The notes under the pieces: generated by a model
Told to the model about the DNA's origin: nothing
Databases searched by the model: none
What the model saw: only the letters and a program-made list of their open reading frames with translations
Position numbers and translations under genes: made by a program
Assembly: GCA_043228905.1 (NCBI GenBank)
Contig: JBHGNT010000006.1
Span: forward strand, 18,042,001 to 18,106,000
Direction of reading: 5' to 3'
Length of the DNA: 64,000 nucleotides
Source: Azolla caroliniana
Lineage: Eukaryota; Plantae; Polypodiophyta
In this document: piece after piece, positions 21,892 through 33,629 of the stretch
Numbering within the stretch: the first letter of the stretch is position 1
Layout: every line of letters starts with the position of its first letter

Positions 21892-24800
21892 GTCCAGCCA
21901 AAATAGGAGCCGTTTGGTTGGACAGCCCTAGATCTGTGCAGCCCATTAGTGGTTCCATTCCCTCTAAGCAAGTTAGTGATGTGTTCGTAGCCCAAGTAAT
22001 AGTTAGTACTAAAAGTACCCCTCCAGTACATGTCCTAGCACTCCTAGATTCCGGAGCTAACTCTTGCTTTATGGATAAGAAATTTGCTGAAGCTCATATG
22101 ATATCCCTAAGAAAACTCCAGTGTCCAGCCTCTGTAGTAGTCATTGATGGACGTCCCATTGCTTCCGGAAATATCCTAGAAGAGTCAGAGCCCATTAATA
22201 TTGTCCTAGATAACTTAGTATGTGTAGTATCATTTAATATTATTAGTATCCCAGAACATCCTATAGTTTTAGGACTACCGTGGTTTGAGTTACATAACCC
22301 TGACATAGATTGGAGAACAAGAGAAATCCGGTGTCGACAAACCCAAGGGTCAACTCAGAAGATGGCAACCATTTCGCTACGTCAGTTGCGTAAAGAAGGG
22401 CACAAGGAGGAAATGTTCCTCTTTGCAATATCAGTAAACCCCTCCAACACCACTAAAGAAGAATCCACCGTTCAACTTCCCGAGAAGTATCGCCATTACA
22501 CCGATGTGTTCGATAAAGTACAAGCCAACACACTTCCTCATCATCGACCGTACGATTGCCCCATCGATTTACAACCGGGAAAAGAGCCGCCATGGGGACC
22601 GATCTACAATTTGTCACCAACCGAGCTGGAAGTCCTTCGGGCCTATATAGAGGAGAATTTGGAAAATGGTTTCATTCGGCATTCGAAATCTCCAGCCGGT
22701 GCACCCATTTTCTTCGTCAAGAAAAAAGATGGATCGCTTCGTCTCGTTGTAGATTACCGTGGCTTGAATAAGGTTACAATCAGGAATAGGTATGCTCTTC
22801 CCCTTATCTCAAGTCTTTTAGAACGGATCAATGGTGCCAGGTTCTTCACGAAGATCGACTTACGGGGAGCATATAACCTCGTACGGATCCGACCAGGAGA
22901 CGAATGGAAGACCGCGTTTCGCACCAGATATGGGCACTTCGAGTATACTGTCATGCCGTTCGGCCTCACTAATGCGCCGGCAGTCTTCCAGCACATGGCT
23001 AATGATATATTCCGAGATCTATTGGATGATTGTTTGATCATCTATTTGGATGATCTACTGGTTTATTCAAAGACCCAAGAAGAACATGATTCTCATGTAC
23101 TATTAGTACTAAAACGACTTCGAGAACATGGTCTGTATGCAAAGCTAGAAAAATGTAGTTTCGGGTGCAACCAAGTGGAATTTCTCGGCTACATCATTTC
23201 GTCAGAAGGCATCTCCATGGACCCAGCTAAGGTCAGAACGGTGGTAGAATGGCAGACTCCGCGTTCGGTACGGGATGTGCAATGCTTCTTAGGCTTTGCC
23301 AATTTTTACCGGAAGTTCATACAGGATTACTCAAAGATCGTTCTACCTCTCACACAACTTACCAGGAAGGGACAACCGTTCACCTGGTCTGAAGAAACGG
23401 ACATGGCTTTCGAGAGTCTTAAAAAAGCATTTACATCGGCTCCAATTTTAGCTCATGTCGATCCGGAGAAACCATTCATTATCGAAGCTGACGCATCGGA
23501 TTTTGCATTGGGGAGCATTCTGTCACAACAGGGGAATGATGAAAAGCTACATCCTGTGGCTTTTCACTCACGCAAGTTTGATGCCGCCGAAATCAACTAC
23601 GAAATCCATGATAAGGAGCTATTGGCAATAGTGGATTCTTTTATGCAATGGAGGCATTTTCTGGAGGGATCCTCTCATCCAGTCACCGTATTTAGTGACC
23701 ACAAGAATCTTGCCTACTTTCAGGATGCTCGTGTGTTGAATCGACGTCAAGCTCGGTGGGCCCACTTCCTCACGCGTTTCGACTTCAAAATTACATATCG
23801 TCCGGGGAGGCACCAAGGGAAGGCAGATGCATTATCACGGCGTTCGTATCTAGCACCCCGTCCCGGCGAGCCAGCTTTCGATAACCAAAAACAAGTCATC
23901 TTGGGACCGGCACGATTACAAGCAACACAAATCTTTGACATGCCTATGGATTCCCGCATTATCGATACCATACGTGAAGACTTGAAGACAGATGCGTTCG
24001 CCCAAGCTATACTAGCACAAATTGATCCCTCTCGAGCGTCGTGTTCACAGTCGCAACCACCAGGTACGGACTATCGGCAATTCAAATACCATGATGGATT
24101 ACTCTTCTTTAAAGAACTTTTATATGTTCCTAATGGTTCTTGCCGCCTTCGAGTAGTACAAAACTGTCATGACACATATACAACTGGGCATTTTGGTAGT
24201 ACTAAAACATTACATTTAGTACAACGATCATTCTGGTGGCCCTGTATGCGACAATTTGTCGAGGATTTTGTTCGGACTTGTGATACATGTTGCAGAACGA
24301 AAATGCCAAGGCATCATCCATATGGTTTATTAGAACCATTATCAATTCCAAGCAAGCCATGGCAATCCATTGCTCTAGACTTCATCACAGATCTTCCAGT
24401 CTCTAAGGGGTTCAATGCGATTTTAACGGTGGTCGATCGATATACGAAGATGGCTCATTTCTTGCCATGTACTAAGGAGATCTTCAGTGAAGACACTGCC
24501 GAAATTGTCATGCGTGAAGTATGTCGGCATCATGGACTCCCCGATAGTATCATCAGCGACCGTGGACCCCAGTTCGTGTCAAAATTCTGGAAGCACCTTT
24601 TTAACATGCTCAAGGTCACTTGTAACCTCTCTTCCGGCTACCACCCACAAACTGACGGCCAAGCTGAACGAACAAATCAAACGTTGGAGCAGTATCTGCG
24701 GTGCTTTCTCAGCTATCATCAGGACGACTGGGCAGATATTCTCCACTTCGCCGAATTTGCCTATAACAACTCTATCCACGCATCCACTAAAGTTACGCCA

Positions 24801-25475
24801 TTTTATGCTTATACGGGATGTCACCCCCGGTGGAGTGTACTTGAAACCCCAGAGGTGTCCACAAATCCGTGCGCGGAGGATCGTTTGGAGCGGTTACGCA
24901 AGATACAAGCGGATTTATCTACTCATCTCCAGCAAGCTCAACAAACACACAAGGTCTACGCGGATCGTCATCGACTTCCATCTAGTTTTAATATTGGAGA
25001 TCGGGTGTGGTTGCTACGACGACACATCAAGACTACTCGCCCATGTGAGAAGTTGGATTATCGGCGATTAGGTCCTTTCCGTATTATTGGAAAGATTAAT
25101 GATGTTGCTTTTCGTCTCGATCTACCTCCTCAACTTCGGATACATCCGGTGTTTCATAGTTCTCTCTTCGAACCCTACCACGAGAGCACCATCCCAGAAC
25201 GTCTTATCCAACCTCCACCCCCAATCGAGCTTGAAGATGGGCCGGAGTACGAGGTTGCCGCCATTCTTGATTCCAAGATTGTTCGCAACAAGCTCTACTA
25301 TCTAGTCGATTGGCTAGGCTATAGTCCCAGCGAACGTACTTGGGAACCGATCGAGAATGTAACCAATGCTCGTGCTCTTCTTGAAGACTTCCATCGTCAA
25401 TATCCACACAAACCGGGTCCTCAATCCAAGACGACTCGTGACACTCGTCGTTTTAAAGGGGGGATAGTGTCATGA
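21864..25475 (+). CDS. Pol (protease, RT, RNase H, integrase, chromodomain) in the -1 frame relative to gag
   Basis: LLDSGA, YLDD, EADASD, DDE integrase, EYEVAAILD...YLVDWLGY...TWEP. The frame opens at 21864 and overlaps the end of gag. Confidence 0.93.
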   Translation, partial: SVRRRVKRLSPAKIGAVWLDSPRSVQPISGSIPSKQVSDVFVAQVIVSTKSTPPVHVLALLDSGANSCFMDKKFAEAHMISLRKLQCPASVVVIDGRPIASGNILEESEPINIVLDNLVCVVSFNIISIPEHPIVLGLPWFELHNPDIDWRTREIRCRQTQGSTQKMATISLRQLRKEGHKEEMFLFAISVNPSNTTKEESTVQLPEKYRHYTDVFDKVQANTLPHHRPYDCPIDLQPGKEPPWGPIYNLSPTELEVLRAYIEENLENGFIRHSKSPAGAPIFFVKKKDGSLRLVVDYRGLNKVTIRNRYALPLISSLLERINGARFFTKIDLRGAYNLVRIRPGDEWKTAFRTRYGHFEYTVMPFGLTNAPAVFQHMANDIFRDLLDDCLIIYLDDLLVYSKTQEEHDSHVLLVLKRLREHGLYAKLEKCSFGCNQVEFLGYIISSEGISMDPAKVRTVVEWQTPRSVRDVQCFLGFANFYRKFIQDYSKIVLPLTQLTRKGQPFTWSEETDMAFESLKKAFTSAPILAHVDPEKPFIIEADASDFALGSILSQQGNDEKLHPVAFHSRKFDAAEINYEIHDKELLAIVDSFMQWRHFLEGSSHPVTVFSDHKNLAYFQDARVLNRRQARWAHFLTRFDFKITYRPGRHQGKADALSRRSYLAPRPGEPAFDNQKQVILGPARLQATQIFDMPMDSRIIDTIREDLKTDAFAQAILAQIDPSRASCSQSQPPGTDYRQFKYHDGLLFFKELLYVPNGSCRLRVVQNCHDTYTTGHFGSTKTLHLVQRSFWWPCMRQFVEDFVRTCDTCCRTKMPRHHPYGLLEPLSIPSKPWQSIALDFITDLPVSKGFNAILTVVDRYTKMAHFLPCTKEIFSEDTAEIVMREVCRHHGLPDSIISDRGPQFVSKFWKHLFNMLKVTCNLSSGYHPQTDGQAERTNQTLEQYLRCFLSYHQDDWADILHFAEFAYNNSIHASTKVTPFYAYTGCHPRWSVLETPEVSTNPCAEDRLERLRKIQADLSTHLQQAQQTHKVYADRHRLPSSFNIGDRVWLLRRHIKTTRPCEKLDYRRLGPFRIIGKINDVAFRLDLPPQLRIHPVFHSSLFEPYHESTIPERLIQPPPPIELEDGPEYEVAAILDSKIVRNKLYYLVDWLGYSPSERTWEPIENVTNARALLEDFHRQYPHKPGPQSKTTRDTRRFKGGIVS

Positions 25476-25762
25476 TATGGCAAGACTCGAACCCATGACC
25501 TTAGGTTATATGGGTCGAGCTCTTGACCATTAGACCATCTATTGTAATACGTAGGATATTATTTTCATTTACATTTTATTATAGGAAATTAGTGTATATT
25601 CCAGATTTCTCTGGAACATTCTAGAAGCTTTAGGATTACTCCTGAAAACACTATAAAAGAGGGCACTAGGCATTATGTTGAACCAAATTGGTTCAACGCC
25701 AGTCTTAAGCCTTTTAGCCACCGTTGTATATTCTCTTCATATAATAAATATCTTTCTTATCA

Positions 25763-25809
<47 letters not shown>

Positions 25810-26049
25810 GTCTCGCTCACTTCTTCCTTCTCTCGAAGAAGTTCCACACCTCTCATAGTACTAATCCTTCGTTTAGTACTAATTCCTTCTCTGTCTCAGT
25901 ACTGTTCATGACACATACAAGCATCCCCTTCTCAAGATTCTCCCGTGAGGCTTGTAAAAACATGAAAGAATCATCCGCCAAAGCTTGTACTACTATTTGC
26001 CCTCCGGACGGAAGGTGTAAACCCACAATGTCACCATTTATTGGAAGTC

Positions 26050-27105
26050 TTTTTTTTTCCATAAAAAATATGCTCCATTGGTATTAAAATTAACAATGCC
26101 AAAGGCAATCTACAAATTGTACATAATAGTTTCCACTCCATAAGTATATATCGTAAAAAACGGGACCAAATAATGATGGCATTTGTTATGGCCTCTAAAA
26201 AACATCATGTTGCAGCCAACATTGGCTGAATGTGATTCCACATATACTAAAGCTCTTTAGTATACCCATATTCAACCTATAAACAAATTCCTGCGGTCCA
26301 AGTGAATACATATCTTGGTGGTAATCATGGCTAGTAGTCTAAAAACTCCATGTTTGCATTTGGTTCCGCATGTACTAAAGTTGTTCACCATCACCTGGTT
26401 GTCCAATAGCTGTTCCCGTTCCTTGGCCTTTAATTTTCCCTTCTGAATGTCCTTTTGTACCACTTAGGTAATACAAAACTGCTCTCTCCAATCAAGCCAT
26501 TGAGGTAATCTGCTACTTCTTGGCCGTAGTCTTCTTCAAGCTGACTTTCCAAGCTCATAAATCTGTCCAACCTCTTGTATCTTTGTATGTCTTTTCCCAT
26601 GCAAGATTGAACCTTCCTCGGCTGTTGCCGTTGAAAACACAACACCAAAACAGTCCCTGCAGCACCTGTCACTTTGAAGCAACCATGATAATCTCTACCA
26701 ACTCAGAACAGCCATACATTGATTAGACCATAATCTCATCACAACCATTCTTCATTTAACCCACATCAGTCATGTCTCCGATTAACGTCATTGCCCAAAA
26801 ACCCCAAAAATCTGTGATAAGAATAAAATCCGTCTAAAAATTCCTCACCTACTCGTGATGATTGGCTTCGACCCTCCCCACCATCTTCACTCATCCTCAC
26901 CACAAATATTTCTTCCTTTAGTCGACATCAGCCATCTCACCGATTAACCTGGTTCCAATGTCCACGCATATCCTGTATAATCAACAAAAACTTAGGTTAA
27001 AACATGTCCTCACCCACTCCTGCACATTGGCTTCGACCCTCCCCACCATCTTCACTCATCCTTAACACAATAATTCTTCATTCAGTCGACATCAGCCATC
27101 TCACC
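26050..27105 (-). other. ~1 kb unidentified insert inside the LINE RT, ending in poly(A) on the minus strand
   Basis: LINE frame VML|RLPINGDI is split here; T-run at 26050-26058; ~100-bp internal direct repeat (26842-26941 / 27007-27105); no clear TSD. Confidence 0.6.
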
Positions 27106-29507
27106 AAGAGCATCACTAACAAAGGATAAGTAACAATAGCAAACAACAATGGGCTAAGAGGACATCCTTGACGAATGGATCTTGTGAGGGCAATATCTGA
27201 TGTAACTCCCCCATTAAGCATTACTCGAGACATTGCATCTTGTCCTAATAAAAATATGAGGCGAGACATACGAGGTCCAAAGCCCATTGTATGCATTAAC
27301 CCAAAAACAAAAGACCAATTAACATGATCATAAGCTTTCTCCAAATCTAATTGCACCATAATCAATTCTTGATGAGTGTTCCGAGCATAGTCCATGGCCA
27401 TTTGAACATTCAACACATTATGCAATATATTTCTACATGCAATAAAACCATATTGGGCGGGGTGTATTAACTTTGGCAAATATTTTTGTAATCTATTTGC
27501 CAAGACCTTCGTAAATATCTTGTACAACCCCCCCATCAAAGAAATAGGTCTCCATTGATGAAATGACTCAGGAGATGCCACCTTTGGAACTAGTTTAATT
27601 AGACCAATCTTCCAAGCTTGAGGCATACAACCAGAATCCCAAGACTGTTGAAACATCAAAGTCAAGGGCCCCTTTAAAATGTTGGAATATCTCTTAAAAA
27701 CTTCATTTGTCAAGCCATCCCAACCAGGGCTCTTACCACTAGGAAGATGCCTTAAAACTACATCCACCTCATCCTCAGTGAAATCCGCATCCAATTCATG
27801 ACTAATGAAATCATGCACAATACATCAACCACATCATAAAACTCATGACGTGCTCTACTCACCTCATCTGTCATTAACAATTGAGGACCAATCAACTCCT
27901 TAAAGTAATGAAGACATATGTCAATTATTGTTGTAGGATCCACTATCAATTCATCCGCTTGCTTCACATGTACCACATTAGATTGAGCATAAGTAGGATG
28001 TAATGCTTGGAAAAACAAATGAGATTGACATTGATTATCAATGAGTCCTTCCCTGAGTTGTCGCATCTTAGCATAACGATAACTTTGGCATTGCAACTAA
28101 GAAATAATAACATGCAATTGACTCTGAATATCCAAAAGCTCCTCATCTAATGGTGTATGTATCAATAATGCTTTACACCTAGAGAGAACTTGTGAGAATT
28201 GTCGAATAAGACCTCTTCTTCGTTGAGCATTGGTTACTCCATACATACGATGAATGATGTTAATGTTTCGTAATGTGATATCCCATGCTTTAACTCTAAG
28301 ATTCACTTGTTGAGAAAAATTTACCAAAATTTGCTCCATGAGAGAATCAAAGTGAGGTTGAAGCAAAAGAGAAGAGTTAAAGCGTAGTGGAGGCTTTCCA
28401 AGTAAAGATTTATACATGTCAATTGCATGATTACACACCTCCAAGAAAATAGGAAAGTGATTTGAAGTTCCAACATCTTGTAGAACGTTCATACGAAGTG
28501 ATGTCGGTAAAACAGAATCATCATGCATCACATACATTCTATCCAACCGACTCCCTGTTTGTCTATGTTGAGCAGATTGGAAGGTAAAACCTGGATCATT
28601 CCCTTGCAACCATGTCCAAACATCCAACTTCAGAACCTCCATAGCCAATGAGTCCCAAGCAAGTTGCTCAGGATCATCCATGATTGAATGTTCAGACGTG
28701 GATTGAAATGCATCAACACACATGTTAAAATCGCCCATAAGTAATCCTGGACGTCCAATAGATAGGGTTTGAAGGAGTGATCCCCATAATGCAATACGTT
28801 GAGTGGCTTGGTTAGGGGCATAAATCCCAACCACCCACACAACCTCGCCAAAAAAAGTGATTTCTAGAACCAAAAACCGACCATAAGGATCATTATGCAC
28901 CACTTGAGGATAATACTTATCCCTCATGATTAATACCACACCTGAATAATGATTATTAAGATGTCCTGCATAAAATGATGAATATCCACGCAAATGCACT
29001 GTGGATCCTGCTAACTCATGACACTTATGCTCAACTACACATACTACATCCCATTCTCTACATAACAAAGTTTCCCATAGTATATACTTCTTATCAGGAG
29101 AAAATGCCCCTCTCACATTCCATGTTACCACTTTCATTCAATCAACAATGTTATGGGAGCACTTGCTCCTTTAGAGCAACCGATGTCATGAAACGAGTCA
29201 AAGCATGCTCCAATGCTGCATATGGATTTTCATGCACCACATCCTTAGGGTTGTCTATCGAAATCTTTTTTTTAGGTCCTCCTGCTTGACGAAAACCTCG
29301 AGAATTCGATGAATTTACAACTCGCCCCAATGAATCAAATTGAAGGTGAAGAGGTAATCCCTTATCCCTAGGTTGTCGTTGCCAAGGAACTTTTCGAGGG
29401 CCCTCCCTAGTTCCTAAATTACCTTACCAAGTAGTCACACGAGTAGTGGGCAAGCTACTACGCTGCATATTCATTGATTTCCCTTTCGACTTGCCCTTAA
29501 CCTCATG

Positions 29508-30674
29508 TCAATCTTTGTCAACAACATCACTACTAGCTCTATCCAACGGTTTTTTCCCCTTATCTTTAACCACTAAACTTTGTTTTTCCATATCCATAGA
29601 TTCAATTCCCTTATTCTTAGGGCCCAAACCTTGAAATGAGACCTCTTTGTAACCTGCTCTAGGTGATGTTCCTTCATCCACAAAATCTGACACACCAACA
29701 TCTCTCCCAACTTTTTCCTTATCGTTCCCTTCAATAGGAACCTCTGTAGTTGAAGGACAATGACCGTGGCATTCCACCATAAAGGGACCCCATTCACCAC
29801 ATCCAAAACAATGACCTGCAAATGTCTCCCACTTCAGTTTAAAACAAAGACTTCTCATACCAGGAACATTCATATGCACCCATCCTGGCCTCTTGTGACT
29901 TGTATCCCATAACACACAAAATCTACACTTATTTGTAGCATTTGCATGTGGAGATACCAACACTTTACCCATTTGACTCATCAACTCTGGTAAAAGTGGC
30001 CATAAAAAAGCATGCTTACAATCCACTGTAACCCAAACAAGACATTCTTGTTTTAACAAAGCATGATAGTCCACTACGGGGGACCATTGCATAACATGCA
30101 CCGATCGTTTATCAAAAAACACAGGAACTTTACCCAACAATGCACTTCGATGCTCCAGTGAACAAAATACCTCATCATAAAACCCTCGTGGTTCTGCATA
30201 TATATTTTCAACACAATTTGGTGACACGATTGTGTTCAACCATTGTTTAATCCAATTAACATATGGGAGTTTGTCGGTAAAAAATAATATAACAACACGA
30301 TCATAGAATACATCAAATGATTGCAAAACTGCCTTAGCATCAACTTCCACATCATGCACATCCTCTTCAATGCATTCTTTCGCTACATTTTCATTTTCTT
30401 CCACAATATCCGACAATAAGGTATTGGCAATTCCCCATAAATTATCCCAATTATAGTGATCCTTGTCAACTTCATCTACATGTAATATTTCGGCATATGT
30501 TAATTTTTTCTCATTAATTTCTTCAATTCCCTTAAACCTCTTAGAGCTTTCACGATTACATTCAACCATCACATTACTCTTTTTTGGATCAATTGTTTCC
30601 ATATCAATATCCCTCACAATTTGTGAGGAATTCATGTTTATGTCCATCATTATATCGATCCGGGATAAAAACAA
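29508..30674 (-). pseudogene. LINE ORF1-like protein
   Basis: Lies upstream of ORF2 in the same orientation; degenerate knuckle CFGCGEWGPFMVEC; the frame probably continued to ~29140. Confidence 0.7.
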
Positions 30675-31576
30675 TTTTCCATGAACAAGAGTGAAAATCA
30701 GAACTCACCCGATTGAAGAGGTCGAAGATTTTGAAAGCAATCGAAGACCCACAATGAGTTTTGAGTATGTGGATGCCGACAACACAAGATTCCTTATTGC
30801 TATCGCTACTTCTCGTACAAACCGCTAAATTCAAATTGCTATATCTCGTTGTGAAGCTCTACTTGAGGGCTTTCCATTGCTTGTCTTTGTGCTCAATTCC
30901 GTTGTCCTAGAGTGAATCACACACTACGTGAAATATGTAAAATACTATATCCGATTTAAAGTACGTATAATAAATCAAATAAAATATTTAAAACCCCAAC
31001 CTTACCATTGTACTAACTTATCCTAAGTGTTCTAAACATAGATTTAATACGTATAAGACCTTTATTTACCTACCTTTATTAAAAGGTAAGTCATGCACTT
31101 TTTAGAATGCGTGAATACTTTATTTATAAGAAAAATGTACACCAATAAAAAATGACTTGTGCACATCTAGCGAGCATGAGCACTATATTTAGGAAATAAA
31201 AGCATAGTGTAAAAAGGCAACTCATGCACATTTAGTGTGCATGAACACTTTAGAAAAAGCATGTAGCTATGCTTAGCCTCTTCTAACCTTTTATGAGGAG
31301 AGAAAGATGTAGGGGGGGTTGTTGATTATTTTTACAAGGATTGATTAATAGAAAATATTCGTGGGATTCACGATTTTGCCATCTATTTCTCTCTTACATT
31401 CTAAATATCAATTAGTACACTATACTCGTGGGATTCACGAGTTTTTCATATATTTATTTCTTACAATATATTTCATATTCTTAATTGCCTTAGAATTTTC
31501 TTCTCTCCTAGTCCAAAACCTAAGTGGTTCCCACCAGATTCACGCAACGATCCGGAGCCGAAAGGCACGACACAAG

Positions 31577-31594
31577 TGATGAACCCGACGTGAA
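31577..31594 (+). promoter_or_regulatory. Primer binding site complementary to the 3' end of plant tRNA-Trp
   Basis: One mismatch to TGGTGAACCCGACGTGAA, the reverse complement of the plant cytosolic tRNA-Trp 3' end as recalled; 4 nt after the LTR. Confidence 0.75.
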
Positions 31595-32132
31595 CACGGG
31601 TGGCAAGGAGATGGAAAATCAACCAAAGGCGTGAATTAGACTCTACGTATTCACTCTGCTTAACCCCCTTTTGTTGGATCCATTGGATGCGTCTGACAGA
31701 GTTCAGACAGGGGATTCGATCCTTGTGAATCTTTGGATGCATAGCTTTTTGAACAGGGCCGTAGGTAGTCTGAAGGAGATCAAACAGGGGAGGATAAGCA
31801 GGCTCGCCCCTTCCCTCGGTATCCCTCCCGCTCCCCCCGAATGAAAGGGGAGAGCCGAAGACCCTGCGGATGGGGGAGGAAAATAAGTCCTCGAGAATAA
31901 GGACCAATCTGCTGTTGAAGTGGGCATCATTGGCGGAGAAAGCGCTATAGCTTTCTTGCTCCGCTCCTTCGTTCGTAAAGCCAACGGCGGTTCATGCGTG
32001 CGGAGTTATCTGAACCTGAACGATTTAGAACTAACATCCGAAGCAAGTTGAGTGGGTGAGCCGTATGATGGGCGACTGTCTCCTGCGGTTCTAGGGGGAC
32101 TAGGTACCCTAGGACACTGGGGGTCACTCCAT

Positions 32133-32320
32133 TTTATTATATACGCCTGGTGAAAATAATGTATTTCGATACGCCTAAAAGATGGATTCTATATAAACCA
32201 ATGGATCTTGAGAAATCGTTGCTACTAGCTATTAGTTTATCGTCGATTAGTTTCCTCTTCTTATACCTTTCTCTGCTTTTCCTAGTCACTCATGAAATGG
32301 CACGTTGTCTATGTATTCGA
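32133..32320 (+). pseudogene. nad2: Mitochondrial nad2 last exon (after intron nad2i1282), NUMT copy
   Basis: YYIRLVKIMYFDTPKRWILYKPMD.EKSLLLA...VTHEMA; preceded by group II intron DV/DVI ending in AT; CGA at 32318-32320 sits at the conserved stop position (C-to-U would create UGA). Confidence 0.9.
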
Positions 32321-32777
32321 GTGGTCTCATTGAATCTCTTCACTTCGGGGTGGGGGTCCGCCCCCTTTTTTCCTGCCTGCTGCTTTTCGCTTTAGTTGCG
32401 GATGTATGTCGTGGACACACAGATAGATTCATTCCCTAATATCCCCGGCTCGGACGCCCGCCCTTTCTGGGTCCTCCTATCCCACGAATATGTTTGCAGG
32501 GTTAATCGGGTCGGACAGAGGGGTGTATTCACTATACTGAAAGACGACCAAAGTTGCTTGCCCAAAAGCAAGCAGCCCTCCGAACCAAAATGGCGCCCTC
32601 CTTAGGAAAATTGGTTTGAGGGAGAAAATGGTTGGTGGAAAGGTCAATTCGTTTCATTTCCATGGAAGAGGAGGGTACGAGCGGAGTTCTCTAGCCTAGG
32701 CAAAGCATCAGATATACATTTCGCTATCCATTAACAACAGTGAAAGCGTAAATCTTTTTCAGACCTAACCTATTGGG

Positions 32778-32860
32778 TGGGAGAGGCAGGATTTGAACCT
32801 GCGTAGAAAACCTTCAACAGATTTACAGTCTGTCGCTTTTAACCACTCGGCCACTCTCCC
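32778..32860 (-). tRNA. trnY: Mitochondrial tRNA-Tyr(GUA), NUMT copy
   Basis: GGGAGAGTGGCCGAGTGGTTAAAAGCGACAGACTGTAAATCTGTTGAAGGTTTTCTACGCAGGTTCAAATCCTGCCTCTCCCA; GTA anticodon, long variable arm, 7-bp acceptor stem. Confidence 0.95.
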
Positions 32861-33629
32861 CGTTCAAAGTAAGCTTTGACTAACTTTCTGAGCGATTGGG
32901 AAGAGAGAAATCGATTAATCTACACGTCCTAACCCCTTCCAATACTAGCAGTCAGACTAACCAGTCGAAGATGGCCCTAGCCTTGCCTCGGTCATGCTTT
33001 ACTAGGCTTATACACATTTGCTTACGCTGTCCCCTCTTCAGCTCACCCCAGCCCCCATCTTGAGGGACGTTGCCCTCAAGACTTCACACCAAGTCTTTAT
33101 AGTCAAAGCGTGCTTGAGCAAGGTCAGGCAGAACCGTTGCCCGATGGGAACCTCCCCCATATTGCTATCGATGTCTTCATGTCGCATATCGACGAGACAA
33201 AGCGAAGGCCTTCATTGCATTGCATTGCATTGCTGCGACTTGTTGAAGAACCAACCTTTAACTCCCATGCATATGGAGGAGAGAGAAAAAGGGCAAAAAC
33301 CGAACAGACTTAGTGTCACGGATCATAAACTCAAGAGACAACCAAGAAGATAACCAAATGGACAAGAAAGAAGATAGTACTAAAGGAAAGACTCCATAAC
33401 TGGTGTTGTTCACCTTGAATTCCTTCAAGGTGAACTCCTCTATTTATACTACATGGCATGCACACTTGTTGCACGCATGTGAATCTACAATAGAGCATGT
33501 AGGTATGCATGCATGTGCCAAGTGTAAATACTACAAGGGAGCAACTATGCACATGATGCTAGCAAAATAATAAGGACCAATTACATACATAACTAGTACT
33601 AGATATCTTGGTTAACTCATAATAGTAGA

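Larger units (their letters stand above)
20225..25913 (+). mobile_element. Intact chromovirus (Ty3/gypsy, Tcn1/Tf1-sushi-like), family 1
   Basis: LTRs 20225-20666 and 25468-25913 (2 substitutions plus a CT-microsatellite length difference seen); TSD CATAC (20220-20224, 25914-25918); PPT AAAGGGGGGATAG; intact gag and pol with chromodomain. Confidence 0.97.
18592..29137 (-). pseudogene. LINE ORF2 (endonuclease-RT-zinc finger), fragmented
   Basis: MKVVTWNVRG, IYAP, GDFN, SRLDRMY, SNHFPI; KSPGWDG, WRPISL, LDLEKAYD, RQGCPLSPLLF, LADD; CFFC...EDNTHRFIQC. Confidence 0.9.
18486..30835 (-). mobile_element. Near full-length L1-like LINE (~5.6 kb net), interrupted by a chromovirus and a ~1 kb insert
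   Basis: ORF1-like 29508-30674; ORF2 APE endonuclease 28097-29137; RT 27105-27818 and 25919-26049, continuing from 20219 down to 18592 with zf-RVT; poly(A) tail as T-run at 18486-18493. 5' boundary approximate. Confidence 0.88.

Noticed and set aside
25970-25981. LADD instead of YADD in the LINE RT as a novel catalytic variant
   Set aside because: Single decayed copy; a family trait cannot be distinguished from mutation without other copies.
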